A stretch of DNA of 64,000 nucleotides from a bacterium (GTDB taxonomy: Bacteria; Patescibacteriota; Minisyncoccia; Phycocordibacterales; Phycocordibacteraceae), in assembly GCA_037200965.1 (NCBI GenBank), contig JBBCGK010000001.1, forward strand, positions 832,001 to 896,000. The letters run 5' to 3'. The notes under the pieces were generated by a model, which worked only from the letters and a program-made list of their open reading frames with translations, was not told where the DNA came from and searched no databases. Below, piece after piece: positions 46,362 through 56,092 of the stretch. The stretch's first letter is position 1, and each line of letters opens with the position of its first letter. Both the position numbers and the translations under genes were made by a program.

Positions 46362-48041
46362 ATGACGCAAGGCGAAGCGCTCAATATCCTCAAGACAGGC
46401 GCGAACGTCTTTCTCACGGGCGAGCCTGGGAGCGGCAAGACCCACACCGTAAACGAATATGTCGCATGGCTCCGTTCCCATGACATCGAGCCCGCGATCA
46501 CGGCTTCGACCGGGATAGCCGCCACCCATATCCAGGGAATGACGATCCACTCATGGAGCGGCATCGGGATAGCGGAATCGCTGTCGGAAGCCGATCTCGA
46601 CCGGATCGCAAGCAAGGAGCACGTCGCGCGGAGAATCGCGAAGACGCATGTTCTCATTATCGACGAGGTGTCGATGCTATCGGGCGAAGTGCTCCGGATG
46701 GCGGACCGGGTATGCCGGGAAGTGCGCAGAAGGCCGGAGCCGTTCGGCGGGCTGCAGGTGGTTCTCGTGGGCGATTTCTTCCAGCTGCCGCCCGTGACCC
46801 GGGGGGGAAAGGAAGTAAGCTTCGCCTTCGATTCGCCTTCGTGGCGGGAGCTCAACCCGATCATCTGCTATCTCACCGAACAGCACCGGCAGGACGACGC
46901 GAAGTTCACCGCCGTGCTCTCGGCGATACGCGCGGGAGACTGGGACCAGTCGCATGTTTCGGCGATCACATCCCGCGAGACCGACGGCGACGAGCTCGGG
47001 GACGAGACGCCCCGGCTCTTCACGCACAATGCGGACGTGGACCGTATCAACGGCGACAAGCTCGCGGGCATTAAAGGAAACGCGAAGACGTACGAAATGG
47101 AGTCGAGCGGATCCCCGGTCCTCATCGAGGCGCTTAAGCGCGGCTGCCTTTCGCCCGAAACTCTTACGCTTAAAGAAGGCGCGATCGTGATGTGCACTAA
47201 GAATAACCAGGCCGCGGGATACGTGAACGGGACCCTGGGAACCGTGATCGGCTTCTCGACAGGCTGGGGCGCCTCCGCGAGCCCCATAATCGAGACGAAA
47301 GACGGCCGCGAACTCACCATAGAGCCCGCGGACTGGGCGGTCGAAGAAAACGGCAAGGTACGGGCGAAAGTAACTCAGGTGCCGCTCCGCCTTGCCTGGG
47401 CGATCACGGTCCACAAAAGCCAGGGGATGAGTATGGACAGTGCGGCTATGGACCTCTCGAGGGCATTTGAATACGGGCAAGGATATGTGGCGCTCTCGCG
47501 TGTACGGTCGCTCGACGGACTCCACCTCCTTGGCTGGAGCGAGGAAGCGCTCAGGGTACATCCGGCCGTGGCCGCGAGGGATGCGGAATTCCGCGAGGCT
47601 TCGCTTGAAGCGGGCGCGGCATTTTCAGCGCTCGAAGAAGACGGGAGCCGTGAGACTATGGAGCGCAATTTCATCAAGGCCTCGGGCGGCACGCTTGAGG
47701 CGCGGGAAGCGGGGAAGCCCAAACCACCAAAGAGAAGCACGTACGAAGAAACCCTCGCGCTTATCGAAGCGGGGAAGACGATCGAGGGAGTGGCAGCCGC
47801 CCGCGCGCTCACGTTCGGCACCATCACGGACCACGTGGAGAAGCTCGTGAAGGGCGGGAAGCTCGATACGGAAGACGTGCGGCGCATTATCCCGGTCAGA
47901 CTCCACGATGCGCTCCCGGATATTTTCGAGGTATTCCGGGCCGTGGGCGCAGAGAAGCTCGCGCCCGCATTCGCGCGGCTTGGGAGCGAGCACGGCTACG
48001 ACGACCTGCGTCTCGCGCGGCTTCTCTATGAACGAAAGTAG
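46362..48041 (+). CDS. PIF1/RecD-like SF1B DNA helicase with a C-terminal HTH-like domain
   Basis: Walker A GEPGSGKTH, Walker B IIDEVSML, FGGLQVVLVGDFFQLPPV (PIF1 signature), and a C-terminal KTIEGVAAARALTFGTITDHVEKLVKGG. Confidence 0.8.
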   Translation: MTQGEALNILKTGANVFLTGEPGSGKTHTVNEYVAWLRSHDIEPAITASTGIAATHIQGMTIHSWSGIGIAESLSEADLDRIASKEHVARRIAKTHVLIIDEVSMLSGEVLRMADRVCREVRRRPEPFGGLQVVLVGDFFQLPPVTRGGKEVSFAFDSPSWRELNPIICYLTEQHRQDDAKFTAVLSAIRAGDWDQSHVSAITSRETDGDELGDETPRLFTHNADVDRINGDKLAGIKGNAKTYEMESSGSPVLIEALKRGCLSPETLTLKEGAIVMCTKNNQAAGYVNGTLGTVIGFSTGWGASASPIIETKDGRELTIEPADWAVEENGKVRAKVTQVPLRLAWAITVHKSQGMSMDSAAMDLSRAFEYGQGYVALSRVRSLDGLHLLGWSEEALRVHPAVAARDAEFREASLEAGAAFSALEEDGSRETMERNFIKASGGTLEAREAGKPKPPKRSTYEETLALIEAGKTIEGVAAARALTFGTITDHVEKLVKGGKLDTEDVRRIIPVRLHDALPDIFEVFRAVGAEKLAPAFARLGSEHGYDDLRLARLLYERK

Positions 48042-48071
48042 CAAATCGGATTTGTTACGATATACGCATAC

Positions 48072-49142
48072 ATGTATCGCACGCTAACAAACATCGGCGT
48101 CATAGTAGTCGCCTTCGTTCTCCCGCGCATCGTCTCCGCGCACGAGATGTACGTGCTTTCCGCCGAGGAAGTACGGACGGCGCTCGCGTCTCCTTCCTTT
48201 GACATGCTCGCGGTGCTGCAAGCCGACCTCATGCATTTTATCTATTGGGCCTGCATAGGGATGGCCACGGTTATCGCCGTCTTTTTCGTTTCCGTCTCAA
48301 GGAGCCTCGAGCGCCGGTGCGATCCGTTCTTCCTGCGGGTGCGGCGCTATGCAGCGCCCGTCGCCCGCATCACCATAGGCCTGTCTTTCCTCGCCGCCGC
48401 CTATTACCAGGCGACCTACGGCCCCGAGCTTCCGCTTTCGGCCGCGTACGGCGCATACGCGTCCTTTGCGACCGCTCTTCTCGTCCTTATCGGCGTCCTC
48501 ACCATTCTTGGTTTCTATGTGCGGTTTGCCGCCCTTGTTGCGCTCCTTTTCTTCGCATACGCGGCATACCGCAACGGCATCTATATGCTCACGTACGCGA
48601 ACTACCTCGGCGAGATACTCGTGCTTCTCATCCTCGGAAGCCATCACGGGGCAAGCCCGAAGGTCTGGCTCAAGGGCGAGTTCGGGAAGCTCGAGCATAT
48701 GTATGTGCGGTTCGCAAAAAAACTCGCGCCATATTCTTTTGCGGTGCTCCGCATCTGCTTCGGCATCTCGCTCCTCTATTCCTCGCTCTATGCGAAGATC
48801 CTCCACAACAACCTCGCGCTTACGGTCGCGAACCTGCCGCTCCCCGGCCGGGTCATAAGCGTCGCGGGAGCGCTTGGCTTCGAGCCTCATTTCCTCGTCC
48901 TTGGCGCGGCCATCATCGAGATAGTGCTCGCGCTCTTCTTCATCTTCGGCATCGAGCTCCTTTTCACCTCGTTTTTCCTTCTGTTCTGGCTTATGCTTTC
49001 GCTCCTTTATTTCGGCGAGGCGGTCTGGCCGCACATCATCCTCATCGGGCTTCCGATAGCATTCATCCTCTCCGGATACGACAAGTACAGTCTTGAGGGG
49101 AAGTTCTTCAAGAAGAAGGGCGGCTGGGAACCGGTGTTGTAG
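48072..49142 (+). CDS. Polytopic integral membrane protein (hypothetical)
   Basis: At least 8 predicted TM helices. No family assigned. Confidence 0.5.
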   Translation: MYRTLTNIGVIVVAFVLPRIVSAHEMYVLSAEEVRTALASPSFDMLAVLQADLMHFIYWACIGMATVIAVFFVSVSRSLERRCDPFFLRVRRYAAPVARITIGLSFLAAAYYQATYGPELPLSAAYGAYASFATALLVLIGVLTILGFYVRFAALVALLFFAYAAYRNGIYMLTYANYLGEILVLLILGSHHGASPKVWLKGEFGKLEHMYVRFAKKLAPYSFAVLRICFGISLLYSSLYAKILHNNLALTVANLPLPGRVISVAGALGFEPHFLVLGAAIIEIVLALFFIFGIELLFTSFFLLFWLMLSLLYFGEAVWPHIILIGLPIAFILSGYDKYSLEGKFFKKKGGWEPVL

Positions 49143-49147
49143 GGGGG

Positions 49148-50152
49148 TTGAATTCTAGCTTGAAACGCAACAACCCGTATTGAAAAGCGCATACCCGCAG
49201 GTACGCTAGGAGTGTTGAATCACCTAAGCACCAACGGGTATGCATACACACAATACGCGCGACATGCGCGTTTCGCTAGGCGCGCTCCTGCGCGCTGGTG
49301 TGAAGAAAGCTGGGATCGCGCGGCAACTGGGCGTCCACCGCTCGACCATCTCAAGGGAGTTGAAACGGAACGCGAAGAAGAACGGGCGGTATCACGCCAC
49401 GCACGCGGACGTGCGTGCGAAGGCACGCCGCATGAAGAGCAAGGAGGCGGGACGCCTCCTTGCAAACAATCAGCAGTTGGCTGACCTTGTCGAGGCACTC
49501 CTTGACCCACTCGTCTCTCCAGAGGTGATCGCACACCTTCTCGACATATCGCACGAGACGATATACGCGTGGCTATATCGCACCCGTCCTGATCTGTTGG
49601 CTCGTCTGCCGCAGCGAGGAAGGAAGCGCCGCCGATATGGCTCAAAGCGTACGCAGAAACAAGGATGGACCAAGAACGTGCGTTCCATTGAGGAGCGCAC
49701 AGAACCTGGCTGGGAGGGCGATACCGTCAAAGGCGCAGGTCGTGAACGCATCCTCACCCACGTGCACCAGAGCTTGTATCTCGTTGCCGACCTAATCCCG
49801 AACGGCACGGCAGATGTCGTGCATGCGGTACTGAAGTCGCATCAGAAAGTCACCGGGACCATCACGTACGACCGCGGGAGCGAGTTCGCACTCTGGCAGT
49901 TCATTGAACGTGATACCGATGCCACCGTGTACTTCGCACACGCACACCATCCGTGGGAGCGCGGGAAGAACGAGAATACCAATGGCCGCCTGCGGCGACC
50001 ATTCCCCAAACGGCTGAACCTGGGTACCATATCCAAAGACGACCTTGCGGACGTGGTGGACCTCATGAACCACACGCCGCGGAAGTCTCTCTCCTGGCAG
50101 ACCTCGTGCGTGCGCTTTGGGAAGGCGTGTTGCGTTTCAGATTAGAATTCAA
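49148..50152 (+). mobile_element. IS30-family insertion sequence, apparently intact, with 25-26 bp imperfect terminal inverted repeats and possible GGG target duplication
   Basis: IRL 49148- TTGAATTCTAGCTTGAAACGCAACA. IRR, read as the reverse complement of 50128-50152, is TTGAATTCTAATCTGAAACGCAACA (22/25 identical). GGG runs flank both ends. Confidence 0.75.
49240..50145 (+). CDS. IS30 family transposase
   Basis: HTH ([20 protein letters not shown]). DDE core: [42 protein letters not shown]. Confidence 0.85.
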   Translation: MHTHNTRDMRVSLGALLRAGVKKAGIARQLGVHRSTISRELKRNAKKNGRYHATHADVRAKARRMKSKEAGRLLANNQQLADLVEALLDPLVSPEVIAHLLDISHETIYAWLYRTRPDLLARLPQRGRKRRRYGSKRTQKQGWTKNVRSIEERTEPGWEGDTVKGAGRERILTHVHQSLYLVADLIPNGTADVVHAVLKSHQKVTGTITYDRGSEFALWQFIERDTDATVYFAHAHHPWERGKNENTNGRLRRPFPKRLNLGTISKDDLADVVDLMNHTPRKSLSWQTSCVRFGKACCVSD

Positions 50153-50222
50153 GGGGTCCTGTTGCGAGGATAGGCTATCTGTCGTATATTCAAGAGAACG
50201 GCCCGCGGGCCATTTTATTTTC

Positions 50223-52022
50223 ATGGAAATCCGAAACATCGCCATCATCGCGCACGTGGACCACGGCAAGACCACGCTCACTGACGCCCTCATGCGCCAG
50301 ACGGGGGCCGTGTCCGACGCGACGGTGTCGATGGACAACAACGCGCTCGAGCGCGAGCGAGGGATCACCATCTACGCGAAGAACACTTCGATCGAATACA
50401 AGGGAACGAAGATCAATATCGTCGACACCCCGGGACACGCGGACTTCGGCTCGGAAGTGGAGCGCGTGCTCCGCTCGATCGACTCGGTGCTTCTCGTCGT
50501 CGACGCCCAGGAAGGGCCGATGCCCCAGACGCGCTTCGTGCTCAAGAAATCGCTTGAACTCGGCCTCAAGCCGATCGTCGTGCTTAATAAGATCGACAAA
50601 CCGGCGGCTGATGCGGCGCGGGCCGAAGAGCAGGTTTTGGAACTCTTTCTTGAGCTCGGAGCCTCAGATGAACAGGCCAATTTCCCGGTCGTATACGCGA
50701 TCGGCCGCGAAGGCGTCGCGATGCGCAAACTTACCGACGAGAAGAAGGACCTCAGCCCGCTTCTCGACGTCGTCCTTGAGCACGTGCCTGCGACCTCTTC
50801 AACGGAGCTTTCCACGAAACCTTTGATACTCCAGCCGTTCAACCTCGGCTATGACAACTTCCTCGGCCGCATGGCCGTGGGCCGCATATACGAAGGAACG
50901 GTGCATCCGGGCGATGCCGTATTTGTCAAGAAGCCCGACGGCGCGACCAGGAGCGGCAAGCTCACCAAGGTTTTCACCTTCGTCGGTACCGAAAAGAAGG
51001 ACGTTCCCGAGGCGGTTGCGGGCGACATCGTCATGATCGCCGGACTGCCGGATATTTTCATCGGAGAAACCGTTACGACGAACGCGGATCAGGCTCCGCG
51101 TGCGGCAATCTCCATCGACGAGCCCACCATCACCCTTAACTTCCTCGTCAATAACTCGCCGTTCGCCGGGAAGGAAGGGAAGTACGTGACGAGCCGCCAG
51201 CTTCGCGAATACCTCGAGCGCGAGCTTGAGGTGAACGTCGGGCTCAAGGTCGACTTCATCTCCCCCGACAATTTCAAGGTCTCGGGCCGCGGCGAGCTCC
51301 ATATCGCCATCCTCCTTGAGAACATGCGCCGCGCCGGGTATGAAATGCAGGTCTCGCAGCCGCAGGTCATCATCCGCGAAGAGAACGGCGTGAAGCTCGA
51401 GCCGTTTGAGGAAGTGATCATCGATACCCCGAGCGAATATCAGGGAGCGATCATCGAGCGCCTCGGTACCCGCGCCTTCGTCCTCCAGAACCTCGTGCAG
51501 CACGACCAGAGCGTGCGCCTCACGCTCCTTGGCCCGACGCGCGGGCTTCTCGGATACCGGAACCAGTTCGTGATCGATACGCGCGGGGAAGGCATTCTCT
51601 CTTCGAGAGTCGTCGGATTCCAGCCGTACGCGGGCGAGATCAAGAAGCGGCAGGTGGGTTCGATGATCTCCATGGCCGGGGGAAAGACGCTCGGTTACTC
51701 GCTCGCGACGCTCCAGGAGCGCGGTGTGCTGTATGTCACTCCGGCAACGGAAGTGTATGAGGGCCAGGTGATCGGCAACACCTCGAAGGGCGAGGAGATG
51801 ATGGTGAACCCGACCAAGGGCAAGAACCAGTCGAACGTCCGCTCTTCGGGCACCGATGAGGCGATCAGCCTCGTGCCGCCATTCCTTATTACGATCGAGC
51901 GCGGACTCGAGATCATGGCCGAGGACGAATATCTCGAGATCACTCCCGAGAGCGTGCGCCTCCGGAAGCAATTTCTTACCGAGAACGACAGGGCCAAGGC
52001 GAAGCGGACGGATATCAAATAG
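50223..52022 (+). CDS. typA: Translational GTPase TypA/BipA
   Basis: G1 [26 protein letters not shown]-like C-terminal domains. Internal ATG at 50223 chosen because the upstream extension overlaps the IS30 element. Confidence 0.9.
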   Translation: MEIRNIAIIAHVDHGKTTLTDALMRQTGAVSDATVSMDNNALERERGITIYAKNTSIEYKGTKINIVDTPGHADFGSEVERVLRSIDSVLLVVDAQEGPMPQTRFVLKKSLELGLKPIVVLNKIDKPAADAARAEEQVLELFLELGASDEQANFPVVYAIGREGVAMRKLTDEKKDLSPLLDVVLEHVPATSSTELSTKPLILQPFNLGYDNFLGRMAVGRIYEGTVHPGDAVFVKKPDGATRSGKLTKVFTFVGTEKKDVPEAVAGDIVMIAGLPDIFIGETVTTNADQAPRAAISIDEPTITLNFLVNNSPFAGKEGKYVTSRQLREYLERELEVNVGLKVDFISPDNFKVSGRGELHIAILLENMRRAGYEMQVSQPQVIIREENGVKLEPFEEVIIDTPSEYQGAIIERLGTRAFVLQNLVQHDQSVRLTLLGPTRGLLGYRNQFVIDTRGEGILSSRVVGFQPYAGEIKKRQVGSMISMAGGKTLGYSLATLQERGVLYVTPATEVYEGQVIGNTSKGEEMMVNPTKGKNQSNVRSSGTDEAISLVPPFLITIERGLEIMAEDEYLEITPESVRLRKQFLTENDRAKAKRTDIK

Positions 52023-52078
52023 ATCGCTCATTTCCGGGTTTTAGAGAATCTTTATCTCCCGGTGGTATACTGTCCGAC

Positions 52079-52507
52079 ATGATTTCTGACGAAGATATCG
52101 TCAAGCTCAAGAGAGAATTCGCTCCGGTCTTCGCCGGTCGGGAAGAATTTCTTGAGGTGAAGGCCGATGTCGGAGTGCTTAAGGTCGACGTTTCCGTGCT
52201 CAAGACCGATGTTGCCGTACTTAAGACGGATGTTGCCGAGCTTAAGACTGATACCGCGACCCTCAAGACCGACGTCGCAGAACTTAAGGTCGATGTCTCT
52301 ATTCTCAAAACCGACGTGGCGGACCTCAAGGTCGAAGTCGGAGAGATTGCCGATAAAATGGATACACTCCTTACGATGACGGACAAGATCGTGGGCGGAC
52401 TCGAACATGAACGGATGGAGAACGCCGCGGGCAATGAAATACTGTTCCGTCATACTCGCCAGATACAGGAACTTGCGCAGAAAACAGGCACCGCTCTTTC
52501 GGAATAG
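52079..52507 (+). CDS. Coiled-coil protein containing eight tandem heptad repeats (consensus xLKTDVA)
   Basis: VLKVDVS VLKTDVA VLKTDVA ELKTDTA TLKTDVA ELKVDVS ILKTDVA DLKVEVG, read from the translation. Confidence 0.55.
   Translation: MISDEDIVKLKREFAPVFAGREEFLEVKADVGVLKVDVSVLKTDVAVLKTDVAELKTDTATLKTDVAELKVDVSILKTDVADLKVEVGEIADKMDTLLTMTDKIVGGLEHERMENAAGNEILFRHTRQIQELAQKTGTALSE
52163..52330 (+). repeat. Imperfect 21-bp tandem repeat x8 inside the coiled-coil gene
   Basis: Units like gtgctcaagaccgatgttgcc / gtacttaagacggatgttgcc, read directly. Confidence 0.7.
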
Positions 52508-52587
52508 TTCTTCATCATTTCTTCCTGAAGGGAGGGTACACTAGAAGGGTGTGCCACAAGACTTACCCGCATTAAATTCCTTATCCT

Positions 52588-52740
52588 ATGCTCGTCACTA
52601 TCGCAGTCGTGCTTCTCGTTCTCTGGCTTCTCGGCCTCGTTACTTCCTACACCATCGGTGGCTTCATCCATATCCTCCTCGTGGTCGCCGTCATCATGAT
52701 CCTCATCCGGCTTATCCGGGGCGAAAATCCGATCGCCTAG
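52588..52740 (+). CDS. lmo0937-family small membrane protein (50 aa), below the ORF-track length cut-off
   Basis: MLVTIAVVLLVLWLLGLVTSYTIGGFIHILLVVAVIMILIRLIRGENPIA matches the small hydrophobic lmo0937/DUF5670 family pattern. Confidence 0.5.
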   Translation: MLVTIAVVLLVLWLLGLVTSYTIGGFIHILLVVAVIMILIRLIRGENPIA

Positions 52741-52942
52741 TTGCCAAAAGGGGCCTGTCCTGCTATACTCAGGGCACAACTTGCTTCAACGGTTTTCACC
52801 CCGGAATTCCCGGGAACCAGCTAGATAGCGCTCCACACTAGGGCGCAGAGCCCGAAAACTCACGAGACGGTTGTTTATTCTCGCGTTTTCGGGCTTTTGC
52901 GTTTTCATACGCTGCCCATTGGCGCATTCACCACACACAATC

Positions 52943-54289
52943 ATGTATCAACAGAATCCGAGCTACGGGAACTCCAGTCCCCGCCGCTCTTCGGGAGGAC
53001 GCCCCCAGGGAGGCAGCCGCTTCGGCGGAAACCGCGGAGGCGCGCCAAGCCACGGCAACAGAGGCTACGGAAGCAACCGCAGCGGCGCAAGCTACGGCGG
53101 AAGGCCTTCGTTTGGCGGCCGCCCGGGCGGCTCCCGCGGCGGCAAGGGCTTCCAGGAAATGCGCGTCGACCTCTCGAAGCTCATCAACAAGGCGGTCATC
53201 ACCGAGGAGGTCGAGCACTTCGTGCCCGAACACAAGTTCGCGGATTTCGACGTGGACCAGCGCCTCAAGGACAATATCGCGAAGAAGGGATACGAGCTCC
53301 CGACGCCGATCCAGGACCGCTCCATCCCGCACGTGCTTCGCGGCGAGGATATCGTCGGCATCGCAAACACCGGCACCGGAAAGACGGCGGCCTTTCTCAT
53401 CCCGCTCATCGACAAGGTACTCAAATCCCGCGCGCACGGCAGAAGAAGCTCGCGCGTCCTTATCATGGTGCCGACCCGCGAGCTCGCGCTCCAGATCGAC
53501 GCCGAATTCCTCGGCTTCACGAAGGGCCTCGGCCTCTATTCGGTCTGCTGCGTGGGCGGGGCGAACATCATGCCCCAGATCCGCGTGCTTAGGCGCGACC
53601 CGTCGTTTGTGATCGGCACTCCCGGACGCCTCAAAGACCTCATGGAGCGCAAGGAACTCGAGCTCCAACACTTCGGCACCGTCGTCCTCGACGAGGCGGA
53701 CCGCATGCTCGACATGGGTTTCATCCAGGACATGCGCTTCATCATGGCGAAGATGGAGAAGGAGCGGCACACGCTCTTCTTCTCCGCGACGCTCTCTTCG
53801 GAGATCGAGCGACTCATCGGCGAATTCCTCAAGTCGCCCGCGCGCGTCTCCGTCAAGACCCGCGACACGTCGAAGAATATCGACCAGGATGTCGTGCGCG
53901 TCTCCGAGGGCCAGTCGAAGATCGACGTGCTCCACGAGCTCGTCGCGCAGCCGGAATTCGAGAAGGTGCTTGTCTTCGGACGCACCAAGCACGGCGTCGA
54001 GAAGCTCATGGACGAGCTTAACCGACGCGGATTCCGCGCGGTCTCGATCCACGGCAACAAGACGCACGGCAACCGCCAGCGGGCCCTTGGCGACTTCAAG
54101 AGCGGCAAGGCGCAGATTATGGTGGCGACGGATGTCGCGGCCCGCGGCCTCGATATCCCGGATGTCTCGCACGTGATCAACTTCGACCTCCCCGGCACCT
54201 ACGAGGACTACGTCCACCGCATCGGCCGCACCGGACGCGCAAGCAAGAAAGGGAAGGCGCTGACCTTCATCGGGGGCGGGAAGTATTAA
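52943..54289 (+). CDS. DEAD-box ATP-dependent RNA helicase with an N-terminal Arg/Gly-rich (RGG-like) extension
   Basis: Q-motif region, AxTGTGKT-like GTGKTAAF, DEAD (VVLDEADRM), SAT, HRIGRTGRA. The N-terminal ~75 aa are RGG/GNRGG-rich. Start at the internal ATG 52943. Confidence 0.85.
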   Translation: MYQQNPSYGNSSPRRSSGGRPQGGSRFGGNRGGAPSHGNRGYGSNRSGASYGGRPSFGGRPGGSRGGKGFQEMRVDLSKLINKAVITEEVEHFVPEHKFADFDVDQRLKDNIAKKGYELPTPIQDRSIPHVLRGEDIVGIANTGTGKTAAFLIPLIDKVLKSRAHGRRSSRVLIMVPTRELALQIDAEFLGFTKGLGLYSVCCVGGANIMPQIRVLRRDPSFVIGTPGRLKDLMERKELELQHFGTVVLDEADRMLDMGFIQDMRFIMAKMEKERHTLFFSATLSSEIERLIGEFLKSPARVSVKTRDTSKNIDQDVVRVSEGQSKIDVLHELVAQPEFEKVLVFGRTKHGVEKLMDELNRRGFRAVSIHGNKTHGNRQRALGDFKSGKAQIMVATDVAARGLDIPDVSHVINFDLPGTYEDYVHRIGRTGRASKKGKALTFIGGGKY

Positions 54290-54435
54290 ACTTCACTGAT
54301 GTTATCAGGCGTCATAGGGTCATAATCAGACCCTTTTCGTATTTGAAAAGAATCTGATTCACATATCTTGCCTAATTGTGCTAAAGTCTTTCCGGAAGTC
54401 TCTTGCACTGGGTAGGGGGCAACAGGAGAATCGAT

Positions 54436-55326
54436 ATGATTCCGATGACAAATGCTGCGGGACAAGTGAAGCTTCCGCATGAAGTGGAACCGCTCCTTGC
54501 GCTTCCGTCCGACATTCTCCGCGCAGTCACGCTTGGTTCGTACACTCTCGAACCGCGCGCTGGCAATTCCGGCAACGTGTTTTGGGACGACGGCCTGAAC
54601 GACCCGACGTCGCTCAGTGCTCTTGGCTTGCCGAATCCAGGCATCGGGGAGGCGCTACGATTCCTGCCCGACCTCATCGACAAGATTCGGGCAAGCGGTA
54701 AGCGCGTACGTGTGAACATCGCGGGTTTCGATGTCGACGAATACCATGAACTTATCAAGGCGTGCGTCGGGATCCGGGTGGACGAGATTGAAATCAATCT
54801 CGGCTGTCCGAACGTGCGAAACGAAGGCGTTCAGAAGCCCATTTTCGCCTTCGATCCGGAACGTATCGCCGAGATCCTCACCATGGCGCACCGGGTATCC
54901 GGGACGCTTGGAGAACCGGATATTGCCGTTAAGCTCTCGCCGTACAGCGATCCGTTCTTTCTCGCGAAAGTCGCCGCAGTGCTGAGAACGCATCTGCACG
55001 CATACATGAAACTCGTGACGTGCAATACGTTTCCGAATGCGTATGGTTTCATCCGGCCGATGACGCCAGCGATTGACGCGAACGACGGGTATGCAGGGCT
55101 TGCCGGTCATGCCATGAAGCACGTTGCGCTCGGGCAGGTTCGGCAATTCTCGAGGCTCTTGCCGTCATTCGATATTGTCGGTGTCGGCGGGATAAGCGGC
55201 GGACGCGATCTTCGCGAGATGGAACTCGCGGGTGCGAAAGAGGCGCAGGTGGGTACGGCGTTTTTCACGCACGGCCCAAAGGCATTCCAGCGCGTCGCGA
55301 TGGAATACGCCGATCTGGTCGATTAG
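54436..55326 (+). CDS. pyrD: Class 1 dihydroorotate dehydrogenase family protein
   Basis: INLGCPNV, VKLSPY, KLVTCNT, GVGGISGG...QVGTAF align with DHOD 1A conserved blocks. AGGAG SD 8 nt upstream. Confidence 0.65.
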   Translation: MIPMTNAAGQVKLPHEVEPLLALPSDILRAVTLGSYTLEPRAGNSGNVFWDDGLNDPTSLSALGLPNPGIGEALRFLPDLIDKIRASGKRVRVNIAGFDVDEYHELIKACVGIRVDEIEINLGCPNVRNEGVQKPIFAFDPERIAEILTMAHRVSGTLGEPDIAVKLSPYSDPFFLAKVAAVLRTHLHAYMKLVTCNTFPNAYGFIRPMTPAIDANDGYAGLAGHAMKHVALGQVRQFSRLLPSFDIVGVGGISGGRDLREMELAGAKEAQVGTAFFTHGPKAFQRVAMEYADLVD

Positions 55327-55451
55327 ACCTTATGCGGCCATGTGGTGCGGCAGATCCCTCGGGATTGCCGCACCCTCTCTTTTTGTCTTTGCTTGTGATA
55401 AGGTGCATGCGGTCATAAGACCTTTTCGCAATCCAACCACAGGAGGCTCAG

Positions 55452-56058
55452 GTGGCTTTGCAACCGATCACTATCAGGCGTCCCGCGGACATGCACGTTG
55501 CATTTCCGCGAAGGCCGTGTCCTCACATCGGTCGTGCCGGAGACGGCGCGGCACTTCGACATTGCAGTCGCGATGCCGAACCTCGTTCCTCCGATCACCG
55601 ATCCGGCAGCGGCGCGGGCATATTGCGACGGGATCCGGGCCGCGGCGCGGGATCTCAATGAGAATTTCCGTCCGCTCGGCATCGCATACCTTACGGACAA
55701 TCTCCCGGCTGAGGTTCTTCGGGATGGTTTCCGCATTCATAACAACGAGGGCGATCGCAGCTGGTATGCCGCCAAGCTCTATCCCGCGAACGCGACGACC
55801 AACTCGGCACTCGGCGTCTCGGGTATCGAGAATATCTATCCGTTGCTTGAAACCATGGAAGAGATCGTCCCGTTCTACCACAGAGATCTCGGATTCGCGC
55901 CGAAGTTCCCGCGCGTGGTCGGTTACGTTCGCAATTCTGGGTTAAGGAACAAAGCGTGCGAGTGGAGCCGCCCGGCAGTCCCGGACGGCTTCTCGCTTTT
56001 AGGTTTAAAAGATTCTTTCATCCACTATACTCCGGAAAGCCTCAGCGTATCTTCATGA
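55452..56058 (+). pseudogene. pyrC: Dihydroorotase (E. coli-type pyrC) remnant: frameshifted near codon 15 and truncated after ~200 aa
   Basis: Frame A reads LQPITIRRPADMHV, then frame B continues HFREGRVLTSVVPETARHFDIAVAMPNLVPPITD...AAKLYPANATTNSALGVSGIENIYPLLETMEEI. This matches PyrC IRRPDDWHLHLRDG...AIVMPNLAPPVTT...AAKLYPANATTNSSHGVTS. A 1-nt insertion lies at ~55497. The C-terminal ~150 aa are absent. Confidence 0.6.
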
Positions 56059-56092
56059 ACATGGGGTATACTTTCCTGACAGCCCCGGGACC

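Noticed and set aside
55232-55945. 237-aa + strand ORF overlapping the pyrC remnant in a third frame.
   Set aside because: The translation is Arg/Ser-rich with no similarity to anything. The pyrC-like frames explain the region.
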